From positions 1 to 33,838 of IMG/VR virus record IMGVR_UViG_3300010266_000005: a stretch of DNA of 33,838 bases, one strand, 5' to 3'. This stretch comes from a virus. Below are positions 5,910 through 12,240 of this stretch, piece after piece. How positions within the stretch are numbered: position 1 is the first letter of the stretch; every line of letters begins with the position of its first letter. The notes beneath the pieces are model-generated. The model was not told the DNA's origin and searched no databases. It was given only the letters and a program-made list of their open reading frames with translations. The position numbers were made by a program, and so were the translations under genes.

Positions 5910-5932
5910 ACGGTGCCCGATTCGGGCACCGT
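5910..5932. terminator. Hairpin acggtgccc-gattc-gggcaccgt plus T-run. It is a member of the GGTGYCCGANTCGGRCACC palindrome family.
   Basis: 9-bp perfect stem followed by TTTTATTTTT on the plus strand. Confidence 0.7.
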
Positions 5933-5933
5933 T

Positions 5934-6254
5934 TTATTTTTCCCGCTCCCGTCTCAGGCGGAGCATAAAGGCAAACAGTTCGTTCCGCTGCTCAGCGGTC
6001 ATGCTGTCCAGCAGGCGCATAAACTCCTGCCGCACCGGATCCGGCGGTGTCTCCTTTTCCCCCAGCAGGTCGGAGACGGTGCAGTCCAGGTATTGGGCCA
6101 GCAGTTGCACCTTGGCCACAGAGGGCGTCGTGCCCTTGTTTACGTCCGTGATGAAACTGGTTCCAACGCCGCTTTCGCGACAAGCTACCGTAGGCTTGAC
6201 CCCTTTTACTCGACACCTTTCTTTGATATTTCTTACAAAAAGCTCTTTGTCCAT
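5934..6254 (-). CDS. XRE-family HTH regulator. Candidate CI-like lysogeny repressor.
   Basis: NIKERCRVKGVKPTVACRESGVGTSFITDVNKGTTPSVAKVQLLAQYLDCTVSDLLGE is a classic Cro/CI-type HTH. It has the same orientation as int. Confidence 0.8.
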   Translation of the reverse strand: MDKELFVRNIKERCRVKGVKPTVACRESGVGTSFITDVNKGTTPSVAKVQLLAQYLDCTVSDLLGEKETPPDPVRQEFMRLLDSMTAEQRNELFAFMLRLRREREK

Positions 6255-6274
6255 AGTGGCCTCGTCAAGTGAGA

Positions 6275-7192
6275 TTATAGGAGTTTCAGAAACTCCTGTT
6301 CGGATATCACGGCAATTGATGCGCCCTTTGCATTGAGCGCGGCCGCCTTTTCCTCCTTATCGCTCATGCCGTCGCAACCGACGATGATTTCGTCCTGCTC
6401 TCCGACCACCAAATAGTGGGTCTTTTTTGATACGGCGCTTTTTACAGTGGCGCCGGCAGCCTCTGCGAGGGATTTGGCTGCTGCGCGCGGAAAGCTCAAC
6501 GCACCAGTAAATACGACGGCCTTGCCGTCCAATTCTCCACCTCGGCATATGTCACCGACTGATATTGGACACGTTCCTGACGCAGACTTTTGAAGATAGG
6601 ATCGCAGTGCAGCATTTCGTTCGCCTTTGCTGTGAAGCGCATGATCCAGCCTGTTGTCACTGCAAAGCCAAGATAGGATTGCTCCACACGCGCGACAATC
6701 CTCAAGCGCATCGTGAAAGCGCGTCATGTAACCGATTTTCTCGCATGCATCAGATAGCTTACTGTAAGGATGACCAGTGACTCGCCCGTAAAGAGTCATC
6801 ACGTCAAAGCAGCGGGCGAAGCAATCTCTAATAGTTCCCTCCGCCGCCTCCAAAAAACTGGCGTCAAAAGAAACATTCCATCCTGCGGTGTACGGGGATG
6901 CAGATACAAATTCTGCGAAAGCGCCAATCACCTCGTCGATGGTTGGGGCAGTAGCGACCATATCCTCCGTAATCCCAGTTAACTCTGTCACTGTGGACGG
7001 TATAGGGGACTCCGGATTGACGTAGGTTTTGTAACTATCGCTCTCGTGGTGCTTAATGTATCGCACCGCGGCGAGTTGGATGATTCTGCAGGTCTGAGGA
7101 TCAACTCCTGTGGTTTCGAGATCTATGACCACATAGTCGGACAGACCTTCCGGGCCACTAAAAGGCATGACGTGAGATGTGTCTTTATTCAT
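6275..7192 (-). CDS. DEDDh (DnaQ-like) 3'-5' exonuclease fused to a C-terminal BRCT domain.
   Basis: ExoI VVIDLETTG, ExoII WNVSFDASFL, ExoIII HDALEDCRA. C-terminus GKAVVFTGALS..AKSLAEAAGATVKSAVSKKTHYLVVGE...ISEQEFLKLL resembles the LigA BRCT domain. Start moved to ATG 7192, which has a GGAGG RBS. Confidence 0.8.
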   Translation of the reverse strand: MNKDTSHVMPFSGPEGLSDYVVIDLETTGVDPQTCRIIQLAAVRYIKHHESDSYKTYVNPESPIPSTVTELTGITEDMVATAPTIDEVIGAFAEFVSASPYTAGWNVSFDASFLEAAEGTIRDCFARCFDVMTLYGRVTGHPYSKLSDACEKIGYMTRFHDALEDCRACGAILSWLCSDNRLDHALHSKGERNAALRSYLQKSASGTCPISVGDICRGGELDGKAVVFTGALSFPRAAAKSLAEAAGATVKSAVSKKTHYLVVGEQDEIIVGCDGMSDKEEKAAALNAKGASIAVISEQEFLKLL

Positions 7193-7258
7193 GATGCGCC
7201 TCCGATGTAGACGATATAGACAAAACGTAACCGCTAAAATTGTGAACGCAAACAATAA

Positions 7259-7309
7259 ATGAGAAATTTAGCATTATCTATTGACAATGAGAAATTTCTC
7301 ATTTATGCT
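7259..7309 (+). promoter_or_regulatory. Rightward promoter with two operator copies.
   Basis: TTGACA (7281-7286), 17 nt, TATGCT (7304-7309). The perfect 16-bp palindrome ATGAGAAATTTCTCAT (7287-7302) fills the spacer. A second copy, ATGAGAAATTTAGCAT, is at 7259-7274 (14/16 identical). Confidence 0.65.
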
Positions 7310-7349
7310 TAGCTTGTCCCTCAGATGAGAACGAGAGGGAGGTGAGAAG

Positions 7350-7511
7350 ATGGAAGACCTTCGCACGGTCCTGACGCAGGACATCGCTGACTTTGCCCGT
7401 CGTGTGCTGGCTGGCAATGGCACCCCACAGGAAGTGGCGGCGCTGCCCAGCCTGCTGATGTGGCACAGCGGTGTCAATCCTCCGGCAGAAGATCCTGAAG
7501 CGCAGTCTTGA
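7350..7511 (+). CDS. Small hypothetical protein (53 aa).
   Basis: GGGAGGTG RBS before ATG 7350. MEDLRTVLTQDIADFARRVLAGNGTPQEVAALPSLLMWHSGVNPPAEDPEAQS. Below the ORF-track cutoff. Confidence 0.45.
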   Translation: MEDLRTVLTQDIADFARRVLAGNGTPQEVAALPSLLMWHSGVNPPAEDPEAQS

Positions 7512-7656
7512 CGGCCTGTCGTATGGCTGCGTTGTTCAGGCGGATTCTATCGGGCTCCATGTTCTTCCCTGTCTGTTGTTGTTTGAGGGTTTCCACTGGG
7601 TCTTGCGCAGGTTGTATCCCCCTCGGAAAAACGGGTGTGTAGATGTTTACTGACAT
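7474..7656 (-). CDS. Small hypothetical protein (60 aa), possibly translated from a leaderless mRNA.
   Basis: Internal ATG of track ORF 7474..7689. The -10 element TGgTATAGT ends 4 nt before the ATG. Its 3' end overlaps ORF 7350-7511 convergently. Confidence 0.4.
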   Translation of the reverse strand: MSVNIYTPVFPRGIQPAQDPVETLKQQQTGKNMEPDRIRLNNAAIRQAVKTALQDLLPED

Positions 7657-7660
7657 GAAC

Positions 7661-7702
7661 ACTATACCACCCTTTTTTCCGGCGCGCAAGGTGAAATTTC
7701 AC
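7661..7702 (-). promoter_or_regulatory. Leftward promoter plus the 12-bp palindrome GTGAAATTTCAC.
   Basis: Minus strand reads TTGCGC (7684-7689), 17 nt, TGg-TATAGT (7661-7669). The palindrome at 7691-7702 shares the GAAATTTC core with the 7259/7287 operators. Confidence 0.45.
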
Positions 7703-7719
7703 GATTGGAGGTGAATCAA

Positions 7720-7911
7720 GTGCGGATCAAGGAGTACCGAGAGCGCACCGGCATGACGCAGGAGGCGCTGGCGGACAAGCTGAACGTCGACCGGTCTGTG
7801 ATCAGCTACTGGGAGCGAGGCAAGGCGACGCCCTGCAAGAAGCACCGCGCCATGCTGTGTGCGATCTTGCAGTGCACGGAGACGGAGCTGATGAGCGACG
7901 CCGCTCACTGA
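7720..7911 (+). CDS. Cro-like XRE HTH protein (63 aa).
   Basis: GGAGGTG RBS then GTG 7720. RERTGMTQEALADKLNVDRSVISYWERGKATP. Confidence 0.75.
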   Translation: MRIKEYRERTGMTQEALADKLNVDRSVISYWERGKATPCKKHRAMLCAILQCTETELMSDAAH

Positions 7912-7943
7912 GGTCAGCATAGCGGAGAAAGGAGGAGTTGTCC

Positions 7944-8390
7944 ATGGCAAGGGACGGCGGAAACATCTACCAGACCGCCCGGAAAGCGGCGGGTCTGACG
8001 CAGGAGGCCGCGGCGGAGCGGCTGGCGGTCAGCGACACCAGCATCCGCGCCTACGAGTCCGGGGAGCGGCTGCCCGGCGACGACATCGTGGCTCGGATGT
8101 GCGCGGTGTACAACGTGCAGTATCTGGGCTTGCAGCACCTGCAGCTGAAGACGGCGCTGCTGCCGGACTGCGTACAGGGGGCGCGTCCGGAGCCTCTGCC
8201 GGTGGCAGTGATCAAGCTGGTGCGTCGAGTGATGCACTTCGCGGAGGCGCACCGCAGTGACCAGCTGATGGAGATCGCCGAGGACGGCATCATCAGCGAC
8301 GGCGAGCGGGCACTTTTTGATGAGATCGCCTGTGAGCTGGGGGATATCGTGCAGGCCGCACTGGCCTTGCAGTACGCAGAGGAGGTGTAG
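7944..8390 (+). CDS. XRE-family HTH protein with a C-terminal helical domain (148 aa).
   Basis: ARKAAGLTQEAAAERLAVSDTSIRAYESGERLP. AAAGGAGGA RBS before ATG 7944. Confidence 0.75.
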   Translation: MARDGGNIYQTARKAAGLTQEAAAERLAVSDTSIRAYESGERLPGDDIVARMCAVYNVQYLGLQHLQLKTALLPDCVQGARPEPLPVAVIKLVRRVMHFAEAHRSDQLMEIAEDGIISDGERALFDEIACELGDIVQAALALQYAEEV

Positions 8391-8392
8391 TG

Positions 8393-8641
8393 ATGCCCCG
8401 GACGGTTTTGAGCGCGAAAACGGACGCCGCCAAGGACATGGCGGTACGCATCAAGGCGCAGGCCTACGCCCTGCACGGCGGTCTGGACGGCATGGCGCGG
8501 GCGGCGGGCATGAGCCGCAGCACCATCTACGCCCGGATCCGGGACCTGCCCAGCTGCTCCGGCAAGGAGATCGCGGCTATCGCCAAGGCGGCGCGCATCC
8601 CCAAGGACGAGCTGTTCGCCGCATGGGCGAAGGCGTGCTGA
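8393..8641 (+). CDS. Small HTH-like protein (82 aa).
   Basis: GAGGAGGTG RBS. ..MARAAGMSRSTIYARIRD.. is an HTH-like segment. Confidence 0.6.
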   Translation: MPRTVLSAKTDAAKDMAVRIKAQAYALHGGLDGMARAAGMSRSTIYARIRDLPSCSGKEIAAIAKAARIPKDELFAAWAKAC

Positions 8642-8653
8642 GGAGGTGACGGG

Positions 8654-8929
8654 ATGCCAATGTGGAACTATCTGGATCTCCGACACCCCGATATGCGGCC
8701 CCCTCTGGGCCAGGCGGTGGTGGTGCGCACGGGGTCGCTGAGTTTTGCCAAGGACGCCACCTACCGCGTGGGGCACTTCGCGACGGACCCTCGGGAGCCG
8801 GACGCCCGGAAGTTGTGGTTTTACCGGAGCGGCGGCGGCATTGAGGATCCCGCCCGCTGGAAGAAATACTACACCGATATCCGCTTCATGCCGCTGGATA
8901 CGCCGGAGGGAGGTGTGATCTGTGGATAG
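8654..8929 (+). CDS. Hypothetical protein (91 aa, DUF551-like by eye).
   Basis: GGAGGTG RBS. Coding-like composition. Confidence 0.55.
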   Translation: MPMWNYLDLRHPDMRPPLGQAVVVRTGSLSFAKDATYRVGHFATDPREPDARKLWFYRSGGGIEDPARWKKYYTDIRFMPLDTPEGGVICG

Positions 8930-9092
8930 CTGGGCAATGGCGGTGCAGTACATCTGCGCGGCAGCCGGTGCGGCGGCCGTCGTCCGCTGGGTGGACGGCT
9001 GCGGCAAGGCGCAAAAAAAGAACCGCCCTCTGGGTGGAGCCAGAAAGCGGTTCAGTGAGTCGAAGCGCATGCGCTTCTCACGAGCAAGATAA
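8922..9092 (+). CDS. Possible small membrane protein (56 aa, GTG start).
   Basis: GGAGGTG RBS 6 nt before GTG 8922. Hydrophobic WAMAVQYICAAAGAAAVVRWV followed by a basic tail. Below the ORF-track cutoff. Confidence 0.35.
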   Translation: MDSWAMAVQYICAAAGAAAVVRWVDGCGKAQKKNRPLGGARKRFSESKRMRFSRAR

Positions 9093-9136
9093 TTATACCA
9101 GAGCCGGGAGGCTTTTACAAGGGGGTAAGGACTGCC

Positions 9137-9907
9137 ATGAGTAAAAAATTTGAACAGCCCGCCTATTGGGGCGTCATCCCTGCCCCCGTGCGGTACGACG
9201 ACCGCCTCCCTGCCAACGCGAAGCTGCTGTATGGCGAGATCTCCGCATTGTGTGACAGGAAGGGCTTCTGCTGGGCGAAAAACGACTACTTCGCCGAGCT
9301 GTACGGCTGGTCATCGGATACGGTGACGCGGCTGATCCGGAAACTCCGGGACGCGGGCTATCTGACGGTGGAGATGGTGCCTACGGCCACCGGCAGCGAA
9401 CGCCGGATTTTTGCCGGTGTTTGCACAAGGGGTGTCGGCAAAAATGCCGAGACCCCTCTCGGCAAAAAAGTCGGGGGGGTGTCGGCAAAAAAGTCGACCC
9501 CCCACAATATAAGAACAGATAATTATAATATAACCCCCATACCCCCATTGGGGGCAGGTGTGCAAAAACGTGTGCACAAGGGTGTGCCGCGGGAGCAGCC
9601 GGACTGGAAGCCGGAGCGCTTCGCGGGGATGTGGAGCTACTACCCGGCCAAGGGGCGGCGGAACAAGCAGCGGGCCATGGACGCCTGGGACAAGCTGAAG
9701 CCGGACGACGCACTGATCGCCCGGATCGGGCGGGCGCTGGAGAAGCTGCTGGCCACGGAGGAGTGGCAGCGCGGCATTGGCATCCCCCACGTGGCCACGT
9801 TCCTGAACGGGCAACGGTGGAAGGACGCTGACGAGCTGGACGCGCCCTCCCCTGCCGTGCAGGCATCCACCCGTGTGCAGGAGAGGAAGGGTGACTACGA
9901 GATATGA
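9137..9907 (+). CDS. Replication initiator / replisome organiser (N-terminal winged-HTH, linker encoding the origin, C-terminal domain).
   Basis: LPANAKLLYGEISALCDRKGFCWAKNDYFAELYGWSSDTVTRLIRKLRDAGYL is a typical phage/plasmid initiator HTH. Iterons lie inside the gene. It is directly followed by a DnaB-like helicase. Confidence 0.7.
   Translation: MSKKFEQPAYWGVIPAPVRYDDRLPANAKLLYGEISALCDRKGFCWAKNDYFAELYGWSSDTVTRLIRKLRDAGYLTVEMVPTATGSERRIFAGVCTRGVGKNAETPLGKKVGGVSAKKSTPHNIRTDNYNITPIPPLGAGVQKRVHKGVPREQPDWKPERFAGMWSYYPAKGRRNKQRAMDAWDKLKPDDALIARIGRALEKLLATEEWQRGIGIPHVATFLNGQRWKDADELDAPSPAVQASTRVQERKGDYEI
9432..9540. repeat. Putative replication origin: three iterons plus an AT-rich block inside the initiator gene.
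   Basis: The core TCGGCAAAAA starts at 9435, 9459 and 9482 (23-24 bp apart); the second and third copies continue as TCGGCAAAAAAGTCG (9459-9473, 9482-9496). AT-rich cacaatataagaacagataattataatataac is at about 9503-9535. Flanked by direct repeats TGCACAAGGG(G)TGT at 9422 and 9573. Confidence 0.6.
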
Positions 9908-11238
9908 CAACAGACAGCCCGATCCAGTCCCAGCGGCTGGCGACGGCGCAGGCCGCCGTGCTGGGCGCGATGCTGATCGACGCGGACTGCATTGCTGATG
10001 TGCTGGCGGATACGTCGGAGGCCATGTTCGTGTCGTCGGCCTACCGCACGGTGTACGGCTGCATCCGGCAGCTGTTTCAGGCGGCGCAGCCGGTCGACCC
10101 CGTGACGGTGGGCGCGGCACTGAAGGAGCGCGCCGGGCAGGACTACGGAGAGCTGTTGGTGCAGCTGATGGACGTGACGCCCACCAGCGCCAACGTGGGC
10201 TCCTACGTGGAGATCCTAAAGCGGGAGAGCATCGTGTGGCGGCTGCGGAGCATCGGCGCGGCGCTGGCGGAGACGGAAGATCTCCCGGCGGCGGAAAAGC
10301 TGATGGAGAAGGCCAACGCCGCCATGAGCCTGAAGTCCGGCGTGGAGGTCTGGGACATGACCCAGATGTGGGAGAACTTCTCCGTACGCCATGAGGAGAC
10401 GGAGAAGCCGGAGTACATCCGCTGGGGGTATGACTTTATCGACGAGCGGGTATACACAACCCGGGGCGACTACTGCGTCATCGGCGGATATCCCAGCGCC
10501 GGAAAGACGTGTCTGGCGCTGGGCATGGCCATGAAGATGGCGGAGCGGTACCGGGTGGGCTTTTTCTCCTTCGAGACGGACAAGGCCAAGCTGGCCGACC
10601 GCATCATGTCCGCCAAGGCCATGATCGACCTGAGCGACATCAAGCAAAACAAGCTGGGCGAAAAGGAGTGGGAGGAGCTGGCCTACGCGGCGTCCAGTCT
10701 GAGCAGGACGGGCCTGCAGATCATGCAGTGCAGCGGCTTTACCGTGGCGGACATCCAGTCCGTGGCGCTGTCCCGGCACTATGACGTGGTGTTCATCGAC
10801 TACCTGCAGCTCATCGAGGCGGACGGACGGAGGGGCTGGAGCCGTCCGGAGGAGGTCAGTTCCATCAGCCGCGGCCTGCAGCGGATGAGCCACGAGCACG
10901 GCATCACGGCGGTGGTGCTGTCCCAGCTGACGCCGGACGCCGGGTGGAAGAAGGCCGAGGCTCCCACCATGTACGACCTGCGCGAGAGTCGACAGATTAC
11001 CATGGACGCGGACGCCATCTTCCTGCTGTATCTGGAGGATCCGGAGGACCGCTCCGGGGCGCGCGTCCTGAAATGCGACAAAAACAAGGACGGACAGGCG
11101 GGCTGGTACAAGGTGATGCAGTTTCAGGGCCGCATCCAGAGCTTCCGTCCCATGCCGAAGCCGGTGGAGAAGGCGGCGCCGCTTCCGGCGCAGGTCAGCT
11201 TTCACGAAATCAAAGACGACGGCGACGTGCCGTTCTGA
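9904..11238 (+). CDS. dnaB: DnaB-like replicative DNA helicase.
   Basis: N-terminal AQAAVLGAMLID.. DnaB-N signature. Walker A GGYPSAGKT. ..VFIDYLQLI.., ..VVLSQL.., LRESRQI. Confidence 0.85.
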   Translation: MTTDSPIQSQRLATAQAAVLGAMLIDADCIADVLADTSEAMFVSSAYRTVYGCIRQLFQAAQPVDPVTVGAALKERAGQDYGELLVQLMDVTPTSANVGSYVEILKRESIVWRLRSIGAALAETEDLPAAEKLMEKANAAMSLKSGVEVWDMTQMWENFSVRHEETEKPEYIRWGYDFIDERVYTTRGDYCVIGGYPSAGKTCLALGMAMKMAERYRVGFFSFETDKAKLADRIMSAKAMIDLSDIKQNKLGEKEWEELAYAASSLSRTGLQIMQCSGFTVADIQSVALSRHYDVVFIDYLQLIEADGRRGWSRPEEVSSISRGLQRMSHEHGITAVVLSQLTPDAGWKKAEAPTMYDLRESRQITMDADAIFLLYLEDPEDRSGARVLKCDKNKDGQAGWYKVMQFQGRIQSFRPMPKPVEKAAPLPAQVSFHEIKDDGDVPF

Positions 11239-11249
11239 GAGGAGGGCCT

Positions 11250-11441
11250 ATGCAGGTCGGCGACAAGGTTACATACGTTCCCTTCGTGTTGCGCTACGCA
11301 AAGGACACGGAGCTGCGGGCGCCCAGCGTGACGGTGCCTGTGGTCTGGGTGCATCCGGAGGGCCGCTTTGCGGTGGTGGAGCGCAGCATAGGGCGGTACA
11401 AGTATCGGGAGTGCGTCCCGTGCATAAAAACGAAAAAGTGA
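11250..11441 (+). CDS. Small hypothetical protein (63 aa).
   Basis: GAGGAGGG RBS before ATG 11250. Internal start of track ORF 10944..11441. Confidence 0.5.
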   Translation: MQVGDKVTYVPFVLRYAKDTELRAPSVTVPVVWVHPEGRFAVVERSIGRYKYRECVPCIKTKK

Positions 11442-11451
11442 GGTACGAGCA

Positions 11452-12240
11452 ATGAAAACCATAGCGATCATGAACTTGAAGGGCGGCGTGGGGAAAACCG
11501 TCACGGCCATCAATCTGGCGGACGCCCTGCGGCGCGCCGGCAGACGGGTGGTGCTGGTGGACTGCGACGGGCAGATGAGCCTGACGCGGTTCTACTTCCC
11601 GGATCTCGACCCGGACAACGCCGCCACGGTGGCGGATGTGCTGGAGGGCGAGGCGGAGCCCGTGTGGAGCGACAGCACCATCCCCGTGGACGCCGGCGGC
11701 CTTGTGCAGCTGCTGCCGGCATCCAGCGCCCTGTACGGGCTGGATGTGCGGGCGCTGAAAAGCAGCATCCACAGCATCAGCTCTCTGCGGGACTTCCGTG
11801 ACGCGGCGGCGGTCGACGGCATGGACTACATGATCTTTGACTGCCCTCCCGGCTTCACTGCGGCAAGCTGTGCGGCGCTGATGGCGGCAAACGAGGTGGT
11901 CGTCCCCATGGTGGTGGATGGCTTCTCCGTCTGGGGCGTCAGCGACATGGCGGCGCAGATCAACAGCATGAGGGCTGCCAACCCCGCTATCAGGGTGGCC
12001 GGCGTTTTGATCTGTCAGTGGCACAACAGCGAGGTGGTGCGACAGGGCGAGGCGCTGCTGCGAGGCTTGAGCCTGCCGGTGTTCACGTCGGTGATCCGTC
12101 GGACGGAGAAGGTGCCGGAGAGCACGTTCTCCCGGCAGCCGGTCATGGACTATAGCCCCCGCAGCGCGGCGGCGGCCGACTACCGCGCATGGGTTTGGGA
12201 GTATCTGATGGAGGGAGGTGCAGACCGTGGCGAAGTTTGA
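11452..12240 (+). CDS. parA: ParA/Soj-family partition ATPase.
   Basis: Deviant Walker A MNLKGGVGKTVTAINLA, plus ..VLVDCDGQ.. and ..IFDCPPG.. Confidence 0.85.
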   Translation: MKTIAIMNLKGGVGKTVTAINLADALRRAGRRVVLVDCDGQMSLTRFYFPDLDPDNAATVADVLEGEAEPVWSDSTIPVDAGGLVQLLPASSALYGLDVRALKSSIHSISSLRDFRDAAAVDGMDYMIFDCPPGFTAASCAALMAANEVVVPMVVDGFSVWGVSDMAAQINSMRAANPAIRVAGVLICQWHNSEVVRQGEALLRGLSLPVFTSVIRRTEKVPESTFSRQPVMDYSPRSAAAADYRAWVWEYLMEGGADRGEV

